From Rhodosorus marinus CCMP1338 (Eukaryota; Plantae; Rhodophyta), in NCBI GenBank assembly GCA_029953675.1, contig JAMWBK010000002.1, forward strand, positions 3,100,001-3,164,000: a stretch of 64,000 nt of DNA, read 5' to 3'. Shown one piece after another: positions 11,660 to 24,248 of the stretch (the stretch's first letter is position 1; the number at the start of each line of letters is the position of its first letter). The position numbers and the translations under genes are program-made. The notes below the pieces were generated by a model. That model searched no databases. It saw nothing but the letters and a program-made list of their open reading frames with translations, and was not told where the DNA came from.

Positions 11660-12262
11660 CTACTTTGGTTTCTCATTATGAGCCGTCGACAGGCTGACTG
11701 AAGGTGATTTTTGGTCTACAGTAGCTTCTTGGTCTGTGGATGGATGGTCTTGTTGATCTGGGTCTACTTCTAGAGTCGATGTGTCGATTCTTACGACCTT
11801 CTCGGAGCGTTCTGCAAGGATCGTCTCGATGTTTGAGGGACTGTCACCAAACCATCCAAGATTATCTGCGATGAGATGCCGGTTCTTGCATCCTGGGCAC
11901 TCAACGAGGACAACACCCCGCTCGTACGCACCCTTTGAGAAGCGTTTGACGGCTCGCGTGTTGCATACCTTGCACGTGAACATGATCATCATCAGATCTT
12001 TTCCATGTCTTGTTCCAATGTTCAGTCCTTCGGTTGCTTTGATACCCTCGGTCCCTTTTTGTCCTCCTCCAACTAGGTCCGCCTTAGCATCGCCGCTTCC
12101 TGCTTTCTCTCCGTTCTTGGATAACGTCAGTCTCGACCACTGCAAAGCTCTCGCTCCCAACGAATACTGAGAATATTCTCCTTTCAAGCTCGGTAATCTC
12201 CTAGAAGAGGTCAAAACCCTTCGGGTGAGACCAGCAGCTCGCCACCAGCGATGCCAGCTCAT
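11660..12262 (-). CDS. ZIM17: DNL zinc-finger chaperone (Zim17/Tim15/Hep1 family)
   Basis: [39 protein letters not shown] is the zf-DNL signature. The first ATG at 12262 gives an Arg-rich presequence ([15 protein letters not shown]). Confidence 0.93.
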   Translation of the reverse strand: MSWHRWWRAAGLTRRVLTSSRRLPSLKGEYSQYSLGARALQWSRLTLSKNGEKAGSGDAKADLVGGGQKGTEGIKATEGLNIGTRHGKDLMMIMFTCKVCNTRAVKRFSKGAYERGVVLVECPGCKNRHLIADNLGWFGDSPSNIETILAERSEKVVRIDTSTLEVDPDQQDHPSTDQEATVDQKSPSVSLSTAHNEKPK

Positions 12263-12701
12263 ATCTCTACTAGCCTCAAGAAGAGGCTCGCAAGCCACGC
12301 GCTCTGACTTGCTGTTTGCTAGGCCCGTCAATACCTTTCCGAACGAACTCGTCCCTGTCAGAACTCATAGGCCTTCCCCATTCGAAACCCACCACCAGCA
12401 AAGCATTTCCCGGTGCCTTCGGCGGTAAGGATGACGATCCTTCGCAGTGGACAAGATTCCCGCATGGATAAATACTGGTTTCAGCTAAGGCTTTATACTG
12501 ATCACATCGGTTCCGTGGTTGTGGATGGACTCCCTCTTGCTGTTCACGTTTAAGACATCTTGTTCGACGCTTTAATCTATACAAAAGCTATTTACAATTT
12601 TCATTTCGAGTTGGTTGAAGAGAATCCGTTCGTATCATGAAGTGGAAATAAGAATTAGAAGTTCGAATAATCAAAGGCACTGGTTGGGAATGTCCAATGC
12701 A

Positions 12702-13355
12702 CTAGCTAGAGCCCAACTCAATGAGAATGGTCTTCGCGAAATTGCTGAAGCTGTCGCGGACAGATTCCTCCCGATTGGGCTTCGGGCTGTATATACATAT
12801 CTCAGTCTGGCCGATGTCAAAGATGAATTGTATGTGTACAGGTACAGGCTTCTTGAGACGCGACTTGACGGCCAGACTACACTTCAGCTTGTCGCCTTCT
12901 CTGTCCTCTATGTACTTGTACTCGTTCCTTTTCAATATGTCCTTCACAAGGGTTTGTACACGCACAATTGACATGGTCGAATGGAAAGACGTCAGCAGTT
13001 CGGATTCAACGTCCTCCAGGCCTCCAAATCGCCTCAACATGGATTTCATTGACCTCGTCAAAAACGAGCGTGAACGAGAACTATCGGATCCATCAGATAT
13101 AGAGCTCGTCTCCACCAGCAGAGTCGTCTCATCAACGGTTTTCTCTACATCTGGGACATGACTAGTGCTCCGAAGCGAATAAGTCCTTGCAGACCTCGCC
13201 GATGGCGTTCTGGAGATACTCCGCTCTTCGACAAAGGACCTCTTCAACGGAACCAAACTACTGGGAGAGTCCAAACTAACCTCACCCTCCTCGACACAAG
13301 ATTCATCTATTTGAACTGAGCCAACCTCACCCTCCTCGAAACAAGATTCATCCAT
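12702..13355 (-). CDS. Hypothetical 217 aa protein: Ser-rich N-terminus plus a C-terminal KA1/AMPK-alpha-CTD-like domain, with no kinase domain
   Basis: Clean ATG-to-stop ORF preceded by a purine-rich 5' region. The C-terminal STMSIVRVQTLVKDILKRNEYKY..KLKC..VHIQF..FSNFAKTILIELG follows the KA1 helix-strand pattern and ends at the typical KIxxEL position. Confidence 0.65.
   Translation of the reverse strand: MDESCFEEGEVGSVQIDESCVEEGEVSLDSPSSLVPLKRSFVEERSISRTPSARSARTYSLRSTSHVPDVEKTVDETTLLVETSSISDGSDSSRSRSFLTRSMKSMLRRFGGLEDVESELLTSFHSTMSIVRVQTLVKDILKRNEYKYIEDREGDKLKCSLAVKSRLKKPVPVHIQFIFDIGQTEICIYSPKPNREESVRDSFSNFAKTILIELGSS
13278..13352. repeat. Two 30-bp direct repeats, 45-bp period, encoding DESC(F/V)EEGEV twice
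   Basis: AACCTCACCCTCCTCGA(C/A)ACAAGATTCATC at 13278-13307 and 13323-13352, with one mismatch. Confidence 0.9.
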
Positions 13356-16300
13356 CCGAAGAAAATGAAATTCTCTTCGAAATTTCCGTCTCGTCTGCCT
13401 ACAAAACGCTCACGCTCCCGACGACACTCCCGTCATCCCCCCCCCAGAAACGGACCTCCCCGACCAACCTCAGCCGCTCAACACGCAAACACCAACAAAA
13501 TCCGACACGCTCCCCCCTCCTCTCCACCCCCTCCCCCCCCGCATTCAATAAGAAGAGAGAAGTATATTTAGCCCTTTCATATGCCCATTCTTCTAACCGA
13601 CCGTCCGCTGTGCACTCTCAGCCAGGGCACGTATTTGCCCTATGCTACCCGCCCTACCTCTCCAGCTCTCACCTAATCCCTTGAAGACATGGAACGCAAT
13701 CCTTCCAGGTAAACAGCATTTTCGAACAATAGCAGGAAATTGAGTTACCATGACAACAGACCCTTACAAATAAAACAATATAGTAAATCCGATACATATA
13801 TAGTTTTAGATAATACAAAGTCCTTTTTTCGTTCTTGAATATGAATAAGGTACGTATAAACGATATCCGCACCGATTGTATTCTTGCGTATAGATTGTCG
13901 CCCTAATCGGGACAGAGTGCGCGACCGTCTTTTGTCTCGTTGAATAAATTATTATCATTTCGACTTGCCCACCTTGTCAGCCTCTCAGTGGAATCTTCAG
14001 TCTCCCCTCGTCGAAAAAGAAAACGAAACGAGAATTGTCCCTTCTGACCCTCTAGAAGAGAGAAAAACTCGTTTGTCGTTTCTTCCTCAGCCGATTGTTT
14101 TTAATCAAAATATGATTCACGCTCCTTTCTTTGGGCAAAGAAATAGAAAAGGTTCTTGGTGGGGGTGGGGAGAAATAGGTTGACACAATGGTGGTTAGAG
14201 CTCAGACTGTTTTATGATTGGCTTTTAATGATGTGTGTTTTGCTTGTTTTTGAACGATCGTTAGGGATAGTGAGTTTCTTAAAGTTCTAGTTTGATAAGA
14301 ATATTGGGGATTGACTCTTCTTCTATTATGAGTCAGATGTGTAGAGAAGAATAGAATGGAACGATGATCTGGATTGAGCTAAGCAGCAACTTGTAAAGCT
14401 GCATATTGACGGTGTCAGCGGATTCCAGCACTGCAAAAGCAATTGGAGACCAAGTTCGATCTTCCACCAGAGAGCACCTTGAAATGCTGAGGGCGGACTT
14501 CTTCTCTTGTCAAGGAGTGAACGCGAATATATGGAACTGGATCCTGCCATACAAAAGGGTTGCTGGACACGTTTTGGGTTTCGCTCGCAGTTCTCCCATT
14601 CTTGCGATAGATAAGAATAGGAGCGGGGTTGAATCTACCCCATCCATCCTTTCGATTGGAAACCATTGATGAAACCATGGAGCTGTCCTGCCAACAACTG
14701 GTACGCCAAAACCTTAAGATAGACTCTCCAAGGGCGGGGGAATTTGAAAGCCTACGCGATGTATGCTTATTGAAGGGTTACCCCATTGAGGAACGCGAGA
14801 TGTCAGCGCCCGGACTCGCAACCGCAAACTACGAACTGCAAGGGCTGTCCGAAGGCTACCAAAGGCTATGATTTGAGCTTGATCAGTTCTACCTTTACGA
14901 CCACCAGATTGCGACCAAAATTGCACACCTGACTTGCCTTACACACTCCCCTCACCCTCCGCTTTCATCAGCTCGCGATGGAGCGCCGCTGTAAACAGCT
15001 AGCTGCAAAACACGAACCAGACTTGAATCTTCAAAAAAATCAGTCTAAGATTGAACGTGCGTCCCCTGGTATTAGAATCGTGATTCTTTCTCAGCTGGGG
15101 ATAAGCTAGCATTGTCAATTTAATATTTTTTCTCTATGAAAAAATGCCAAATGATAGGAACCGTTGATTACCACATTTCAGCAAAAGGTTGAACTTAGAA
15201 AACTAGTAGAATTAAGTGATGTTTCTGAGATGATCGCCATAAGATTCAATTGGTGGTGAAAGGTAGAAGTATTTGAAATTTCAGTCAAAAATTTAGATAC
15301 ATGAACAAAAATACATATAAAATCATGAAATCGAACCTTTTGATGGACTGATTTATCCAATCATTTTATAAACATTTCCCAGTGAGACTGAATGGGCCAG
15401 TTACCGCAAGTTTCGTCCCAAACTATTCCCCCCATTTCGTATGTTTTTTTGCGGTCCAGTCCTAAATTATTCAACAATCGGATACCGCATCTCTTATTAG
15501 CCAAAATTCTTCACGCTTCCCATCAATCAAATGAAATCCCGGGTTTTTTGTTCAGAAGAAGAATAATCTTCGACGGACGGGATAGACACGCGGCGACTAA
15601 TTATTAGAGTATCTCAATAGAAACGCTAGGTAACATATTATTGGAATTTAGAAATTCTCTAAGAATTTTTAAACTTTCCCGGTCACCCGCTACAACACTG
15701 CTCTCTCCTCGGAGAAAGCTCTCTCCTCAGAGCAAGCTCTCTCCTTGCGCTACTAACGAGTGGAATACCAAAAGCATCAGAGGTTCGGCTCGATTACAAG
15801 CGTCTTGTACTAGGGGTAAAATATCAACCAGCTGGTTTACTTCTACTTAAAAACAAGTAGCACATGAGAATTAATTGGATGCGGCTCGACGTACCCCCCT
15901 TGTCGTTGGGATATATCGGAAATGCAGACCTATGCATGAGGGGGGTGGAGATGACTTGCAGTATTGAATGTAATGCTTTCTAAAAAGGGGTCAGTTTGGA
16001 ATCGACTTCCGGTAGATTTTCAGAATCGTACGGGTCGGAAATCTGTACAATTCCTGTCGGGTATCTTGTTTTGGAATACAAATACTGAGTTAGTTCTTGA
16101 ATAGTATCATGATTTTACCCCCTTTATGGTCAAGAATCGGGTTTTTACTTGTAAACATAAAACAGAACAAGATTGTAGATACTCTTAATTATTTATAAAT
16201 TTATGGAGGTTGGTACGCACGAAATTTCTTCCCTTTTGGAAACATCTAGCGTAGTTTAGAATGGAGTCGGGTGGTTTGGTCATCTTGAAGATATATATAG

Positions 16301-16692
16301 GATGGTCGGGCTGGCTTGGTGCGTCTAGATGGTGGTGGGAGTGGGGAAGGGTGGTGTGTGATTAGGGAGCGGAGAGTTTGTTTGTATTTTGAAGATTTCG
16401 GTCGGAGGTTCTTATTTTTACTAGTTGCAGGTACATGTATATTTTATAGTACGCAGATTTCGAATGCTGAAGTGACTGTGCACCGGTCTGTGATCGAGTA
16501 CAAGTTTTCTGGGATTCTCGTGAGGAAGAAGTTTTGGTTTTTGGACTTGTTGGAGGCGTCTGTTGGGTTGTTAAGCTGAGAGGAATTTTTTTAAGAATAA
16601 TCTGGGTGGGGACGTGTTCGAGTCCTCGTTGTATGAGCACAGTGAGGCGCTTGGTATCAGAGGTGGTGTGAGAACTGGAAGCTCATGCGGTG

Positions 16693-17694
16693 ATGATGAG
16701 TCTCATGGGTGAGCACCCCCAAAATATAGATTGTGGGGTTTCCGCGATTTATAATACGAAACCGGCTCCGTTGAAGGAGCCGTTGGTGCCCTTTGAACAT
16801 CAGGTTGGAGGCCACTCTGCGCTTTCCCACGCAGCCGGACGGGTATGGAAACCAATGATAAAGAAGGAGGTCACTTTCTATCAAAGAATTTGGGCAGAAG
16901 AATCGAGTCCAGAGTGCTTATGGATTCGCGACTGGACACCACGATACTATGGACTATTTGAGAGGGAGGAACTTGCGGAAGAGCGTGTTGCGCCACAGGC
17001 TAGCAGTGGCCCGCTGGGTGGGAGAGTAACCGAAAAACCTGCTCAACGGGAAGGGAGTCGAGGCTCTGAAGTGGAGAAGAGGAGTTCTCCATGGGAGAAG
17101 AAGCTGTCCGAGATCAGGAAGAGACAGAAGCCGATGCGCCTCTATGTTTGCCTCGAAGACTTGACCGCCAGGTTTTCGCGTCCTTGCATTCTTGATGTTA
17201 AACTTGGCGTTCGAACTTATGATGATGATGCCTCCCCTGAGAAGAAGCTCAGACATCAGGAGAAAGTTCGGAACACTACTTCAGGGAAATATGGAGTGCG
17301 TTTGAGTGGTATGCAGGTTTACATTAGGCAAGAAGGAGATTATTTATTCCGGGACAAGTATCACGGAAGGACATTGAAGAGGGAAGGGTTGGTTACTAAT
17401 TTACGAGACTTCTTTGACAACGGAAATGGATTGCGGCGTGACCTGGTTTCTAGATGCAAGGCAAAGTTGGAATTCTTAAAGTCCTTTGTCGACGTACAAC
17501 GGTTGTTCTACTTCTATTCGTCTTCCTTGCTAATCGTCTATGAGGGTGACGAGGATGTGGCCAACCCGAGTGTGGATGTGAGAATGATAGATTTTGCTCA
17601 CACGCAGCCTAGCTTTGACCATTCGGATCCTGGATGTTCACTTGGTGTTTCGACGCTGGTCAAAATCCTTGATGAGATCTTGGGAGAGGACTGA
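16693..17694 (+). CDS. Inositol polyphosphate kinase (IPK superfamily; IP6K/IPMK-like), intronless
   Basis: Motifs HQVGGH, PCILDVKLG (PxxxDxKxG), GVRLSGMQVY, KYHGR, SSSLLIVYEG and MIDFAH. ATG at 16693. Confidence 0.93.
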   Translation: MMSLMGEHPQNIDCGVSAIYNTKPAPLKEPLVPFEHQVGGHSALSHAAGRVWKPMIKKEVTFYQRIWAEESSPECLWIRDWTPRYYGLFEREELAEERVAPQASSGPLGGRVTEKPAQREGSRGSEVEKRSSPWEKKLSEIRKRQKPMRLYVCLEDLTARFSRPCILDVKLGVRTYDDDASPEKKLRHQEKVRNTTSGKYGVRLSGMQVYIRQEGDYLFRDKYHGRTLKREGLVTNLRDFFDNGNGLRRDLVSRCKAKLEFLKSFVDVQRLFYFYSSSLLIVYEGDEDVANPSVDVRMIDFAHTQPSFDHSDPGCSLGVSTLVKILDEILGED

Positions 17695-18729
17695 TATTAT
17701 CAATGGCAGGTTTGCAGCGAGGACGTCGTTCAATCTCATAACTAATTTGGTTTCCTTATCTATTGGTATAATTGAGTTTCAAGTATGGTCGTGCGTGCTA
17801 TCTAAAGAAAGAACAAATGAAGGATCCGTGAACACCTCTCCTCTGAGGTAGAGTTAAGATGGAATCTACCTAAGGCGTGACATGTCTCAGTACCAAAAAC
17901 CTACCCCAAGATAATACGGCTCAGTCGCATAGTGGTGGGGATATAGTTGCGCCCTAATTTCTGTGCCCAAGTCAGCTATACCGCTTTCCAGCCCACTAGG
18001 AAACCAAACCTTTTTAGAGCCCCGTTCGGAGAATCTGCTCCGTTTCGGATTGTGATAGCCAATCAAGTTCAGCGGATATGCCGATCTACTGCCATCGCAC
18101 TTTGCTTGTTTGAAAATGCTGGGGATTATTTTTAATTTTCAATAAAACAGTGGTTCTGAAAATCGTGCCCGTGAAAGCATTTTTTTGTCCAATCAATTTC
18201 TTGGTTGTTGTGGTGGTGGCCTCTCTGCTGGGAAGAGTTTGGTTGAGCGCGGGTAGATATATCAAAACAGACACAGAGTGTGCGCTTGCCTCCGCTTTTT
18301 CAAGCTTTTTTTCCGTCTGGATCATTTCCCTGTTTGCTGGACTAGAAAATAAAAGAAACAGGCCTCAACGTCTGTCGTTTAGGTACGCGCTATATGGAAC
18401 CCAGCAACGTCGGTTCTTGTTTTAGTCCGCTATTGAGCGGATACAACCGTGTCAGATTCAATGCCTGGAATGTGAAGACTTTGCTTCTTTCCGGGATTGA
18501 GGAAGGCGCTCGTTCTCGGTCCAGATAGAAACTTGTTCTGTAAAATTAGGGATCCGCTTGTGCACTGCAGTGTTCTAGCAAATGAGAAATTATATTAGTC
18601 CCTTGCATGCTAGCCTCAAGCTAAATCGTTCAGTGCAAAACTAACAACCCGGGGTGGGTGTCGTGGGACAGGGAAATGGGAATCCAAAGTGTGTAATTCC
18701 AGCTTCTTTGCGAGTTCATTTCAATGGCG

Positions 18730-18990
18730 GGGTATCCCGGTGAAGGCCACATGATCACCATTGGTTTCTCCAGGCGAACAATAGCGTTTCGCCGACTTCA
18801 CTCCATGCCCAAGTCGAACGTCGTGACCCAAAACCAATTTAGGACTTTGGAAAACCACAAACGGGCTCTTCCTTGTTTGCTCGAACATTGCTTCCGGCCT
18901 CCCGGTACAGGGTTAATTTTTTTTTGTCCGGGTTCCATCAATAGCGAGGACCGCTTCCAGCCCATGCAAGCAGTGGAAATCCTCTCATAA
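18730..18990 (-). mobile_element. Possible PIF/Harbinger- or IS4/IS5-like DDE transposase relic
   Basis: The minus strand reads EDFHCLHGLEAVLAIDGTR, resembling FxxxxGFPxVIGAIDGTH around the first catalytic Asp. It is flanked by stops and a frameshifting A-run. Confidence 0.2.
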
Positions 18991-21900
18991 CGGCGCCCTC
19001 GGAATATAACTCAGAAGCTGGTATGTCAGAAGGTGCGTATTCTAATCCTTGGTACGATGCCCAGGGCTATATCCTCCAACCTAAGCCTTTGAACTAGTTG
19101 TGCTTTTACTTGTTGCATAACAAGCCTCCAATCGGGAAGGCTGATTCCTAGTAAAATCCAAGCCTTTACGTTTGTGCAGGTCTTAAGATCATTCAAAGAC
19201 CCCCCCCAAAAAGCGACATCTGTCTACTAAATTTAGCTTGGTTTTTCAAAGAAATACGCACCCACACAGTGCTCCACTTTTCAGCATTCTCATTTTCGAT
19301 GTAAAAAACTCCTATTTTTATCATCCTTTTTTTTCTGAGGATTCCTTGAACCGCTGCTTTTTTTCACGTACTGAAGTTTGAAAAAGTTTTATGCAATTGG
19401 TTGATTCGCTGAAAGAAATTGAAAAACAACTGACTTGGAAGGATCCTTGAGATTCCGGTGCTGCAGTATAAAAACTAATCTTATGGAAGATTCTCAGTTA
19501 TCAATCAATATTACTCTGGTACGTCGATCAAGCGTCCATGTCGTGCGTGTGGCGACGCCTTTTTAGTCGTTGTTTTCGGCCTCACAGAAAGATCTGGTGT
19601 GAGCTCACTGGTGGAGCATGTTACTCACCTTCGGCAAACGCAGGCTATTTTCAACCTCGCTTGGACAGTTTCTAAGTTTTCTGATGCCCCTACTCCTCCA
19701 GTCCCCGGCGCTCGAGGGGATAAGCGGAAGCAGAGCATGCAGAAGACGGAGAACCGAATATGGCCAATCACAGCATTGAGCGTGGTGTTTGGGTTCAGCG
19801 GTCCCGCTGGTGGACAATGGCGCAAGAACCACTTCTCATCTCTCGCAGGCGGACGAGTTCCCGACCGCTTACGTTGCACAATCAAACCGAGTCTAAAACT
19901 AACGAATCGAACAGCATACTCGGAGTTGAGGTATTATTAGATAAAATCGCGAGACTTTGGTTTATTGTCACATTTCTTTACTTGAAGCGTGCCGTAGCGA
20001 ATGTCGTGTTGGTCAGTCTAGCTTTATCTCTCAAAGAGCTGACGGAGAAAACGGCTAAAGACAAACCTAGAAGTGGCTCGCCCTCCTTGTGAGGACACAG
20101 GGCCCCATGTTTTAGCTTTTCTCAGTGCCACCGTCCGTTGTTGGTAATGAGGCTTCGGGTGCATGCAGGCAAGGATAGCCCAGCAGCGAGTCTAGTCCAG
20201 AAGTATGCAGAACTTTTGGTTCAATATGTATTACTTTACGGCGGTACTCTAGCAGTATGGTAGCTGAGGCTCGCTACCGCCTCCTCGGTTGGCGCGCTTT
20301 AGCTCCTCGTACCTAGTTTGCGTTACGCTTTGCGCAGTGCTTCAGGCTAAGTTGGGATCAGTTCGGTGGACCGTTCATGGTCCGCTTGTCCGCTATCCAT
20401 TCCCTGTTCTTGACGAGTGGGCAGCACGCACGCGATAAACGCAATTGGAGGTGCATCTCATCCGATTGTCCCGTCGTGAGTGTATTGTGAGCTTGTTACA
20501 GAAAAACGTGACGCGATCCTTGCTCAGCACGGGTATCAGACGACTGCTGCTCGTCAAAACCCTAGTAGCGGAGCAATGAATTTGTTTCTGAGCAAGGTAG
20601 GCTTCGGTTGGAGCGGCCGACTAATAGATATAGGAACCCTGGCTGTCGCTTCTGTGCAAATTGTAAGGGCTGTTCTCAAAGGTCATTTGACGAGTGAGGC
20701 CATTGCAATTTTTGATCACCGACGTACGATGCGCATTCGATTACTCGTGGAGCAACGAGTCTCTGGACTGTTTTCTCGACACAGCTTCTCTCGGTTTTCC
20801 TTATGACGCGATGCATGTGTTTATCAGCACAACCAAAAGCACGACGATTGAGTTTGAAGTGCAATATCAACGGTAGCCATGAATTCAGACCGACTATGTT
20901 TACGTAGTTTTGCGCTAGTCGCTTGAACTCTCGTCGTCTCTCAGCAAAAAAGGTCCAAAAAAAGAATCCAACTGTTTACGGCTGTCGAGGCGTATCTTGA
21001 GGTTCTACCCTATTACTAGTACGAGAAATTCAGCACCGGATTCACAGGAAAGCTTTGCAGCAGAATAAGTGGAGGAAACTCTAAACAGCTTCAGCCTGGT
21101 AGTTGCTGAATTTCTTTGCCAAGCGCTATCCAAGAGGAACCCGACGTCTTGGTATCCTATACCCTACCACAGCATTACCGATCATTTGTTCAGTGCAGGG
21201 ACCATTCGCCCAGGAGACTTCTAATAGAACTGAGTGACATGAGCGCAAATGAAGCCATCCGCAATAAAAAATCTCCGCAATACGACATAGAAATGGCTCA
21301 TCGACGTGGGACATTGGGCGGGTTTGCAGAAGACCACAGATCATTCACGATAGTGAACATCTTCAACTCTCAGGCCGATAGAACATAAACTCATTCACTA
21401 CTTAAGCCGTTAACATCAACAGGAACTGAATTTGCTTCTTCTGCCAGAGACACAACTGACTGACTTTACTTGACGAACTACCTCCCCCCTCCTCCCCCTT
21501 AACCCCCCATAATGTTATACGTTCGGGTTGACATTCAAGCAACCCCGACGCTTCCAGCCTCCTCATCAACCGAGAACACAAACCGAAAAAAAAAGAAAAT
21601 GATTGCATGCTCGAAGACGTTCTTCCTCCATAACTTTCAGAAACGTCCTATTCATCGCTTTATTGTGTATTCAATTTTGCGTCTGGTCGGCCAACTTGCA
21701 CTGCTTACAGACAAAGAGGAGGTGGGAAAGAAAATCATACTTGAAAACTTGATAGATCTAAAGCTAAACGAAAATATGGCAAGAAAAAAATCCCCTAAAC
21801 ATTGTTGCACGTTCTGCTGAATGCAAATCGTTCTTTTTTAAAAGCAATATAATTGATAAACAGGAAGCCACCCAATTGAGCCATGAAAATCTTACCTCTT

Positions 21901-24248
21901 GGGGAAAAGATGCTGTAGACAGAGTTTTCTTGATTTTGATGGGGTTTTACCTTCGAAAAGGACCTCCTTCGGACGATTTCGATGTTTCTTTTTTTTTATT
22001 GAAGAAACCACCGGAATATTCGTGGGTGCCTTCTTATTTGCTTTGCGTATCAAAAATATTTGTTGTTTAATGTAGGAACGAAAGGTCCGGCATATTCCAA
22101 AGCTCATATTCCCATCACCTGGGCGGCTGGAGTTGATCTGCTCCTCGCAGACTACAATTAGGTATTTTAAAGATCTCCAACGCAGTGCCTGAACGGGTCG
22201 CTTACTCGGTCAGACGTAAAAAAATACTATTTCATGGCTGTATCTTTCCTCTCTATCGCTCCTGCACTCTCACAAGGTGAGCGCGATGCTCTGATTGGTC
22301 AAGAGTGGTACGGTATTGGATATAATTTAGACACCAAGGATGGTCAATTCTGGATCACGATTCTAGTCTACTTGCTATAGAGGCCACCGAAAAGACTGAA
22401 GACAATTGAAACTGAGGCACGATTCTCCTGAATCTCTTGTAGTTGAAATATTTTCGCATGTCGATGGGCATTCGTGCGAGTGGCATTTATCTCGAAATTT
22501 GAAGGTTGTGTTCTAAGCCCGCCCTAGTACAGCCTTACAAATTTATTCTGTTAAACATGTAAGTAAAATGAACTCACAGGTTTTTTGAATTCAACTCGGA
22601 TTATGAAAACGAGAAGAAAACACCTCTCTGCATTGAAGAAATTACTGTTTTGCAAACTAATGCAGATGAAAATATGATGTTCCTTTTCCTGTTCCAAGAT
22701 GATGAATCATGAATAGAATTCACGCCGGGTTAGGCGATACCTTAAAATCTAGTTCTATTCATGTCTCTTTAGACCAATCATTGTCTATCAAAATTGCAGA
22801 GTCCCCAAAAAAAGAAACTTGTTAAAAATCCAGCTCCTCCTTCCCCCCCACCGCGTTGCCTGTCAAATCGCTCCAGACATGTCTACGAAATGTTTTCCTT
22901 TTTTTTTCGAACGGGCCGACGGACACGAGAGAGAGGAAACATGCAAAACTACTTATCCTATGCCCTGTGTTTTATTGAATCTCTATTCTTCTTCCAACCT
23001 TCCACCCCCTTTTCTTCCTATTCCCATTCCCAATACAACTCATAAAAACAAATTTCCATAAAGAATTCCTCTTTCTGCCCGCTCACCTATTCCTTTTCTT
23101 CCCCCCCCCTTAAAATACCTTCAGGTCACCGCAATATCAACCAACTATTTTCCGTACGCTGTATTCGCCAATAACTCGCGTAAAATACAATCCAAAATAT
23201 CTTAAATTAATGTCGCCTAACCAGGCGCGCGTGGCCTTGGCTGGGCCTTTTAGTTGTGCCTTGGCTGTGTACAAAATCTCACGCGGAAGTTTCAGCTTTG
23301 CTATTCTGTGTTGCTCTCAAAATGGGGCCTTGATGAGGGGTGATGGAGGAGGGGGGGGAAGGATAGTATCTTATTCTTCATTCTCTTATCGTACGCCTCT
23401 CCGCTCATCAAATAAATATTCGTTAATTTAAATACACACTCAGAACTGACTTTGGACACGAGGGGTGGGGGTAGCCGTTGCATGGGGTGGTTTGGATAAC
23501 TAGGGGTGACCTCCAAATTTTGGTGCGCTAAAAGTTGTCGAATGGACGGAAGCAGTTGAGCGGGGGGGGTGGGGGAGAGGGAAAAAAAAGGGAAGGAAAA
23601 GTAAGCGAAACTCTTTCTTCTTTTGAATTCTGCTTGCTTTTTTTTGTACCTTGTTCATTGGTCAATGATAATTTTATCGAATTATTTAAGTTTGGAATGG
23701 ATAAAGTGGGATTAGGGCAAGATAGAGGTTGTACCGGAATTTTGGTGTTGCTAGGAAGGGTCCGACGTAAAGTTTGGATTGGGAGATTGAGTGAGTTTTT
23801 CAGGAGGCTAGTAAAACGTATTATGGAAAGCGGTCATCGATGGGGGAATTCGTTCGCGGGAGGGGGTGGGGAAAGGTCGGAACGGGAAGTTGGACGACGA
23901 TTTTTGGGTGTTGAAGGCCTACATTGTGATTAGCTGAATTTGCGCAAATCGAGCTGACGACACGCTGCTGAGTGCAAAGCAGAGGGGGGAGCTAAAGCAG
24001 CTGCTTTTTGAGGTATAAGGTTCTTTTTTTGTAATAGAGGGGACGGATCGGGTTGCTAGTCGGAGTGGAGTTGCATGCTTGGGGTTGAGCTTTGTATGTT
24101 GAGACAGACGGCAAGGAGTGTTCGGATTTCTGTGCAGTGAGGTTTTGGGTTTGTGACCGACGTGAGTAGAGAAAATGACGCCGTGAACAGCAATAGTTTG
24201 AGCTGCGGAGGGGAAAGTTTTGAGGGAGAATTTGTGTGTTCGAGAGAT

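Noticed and set aside
20480-20876. Overlapping short ORFs with possible splice sites
   Set aside because: They could not be assembled into a consistent gene and show no motif.
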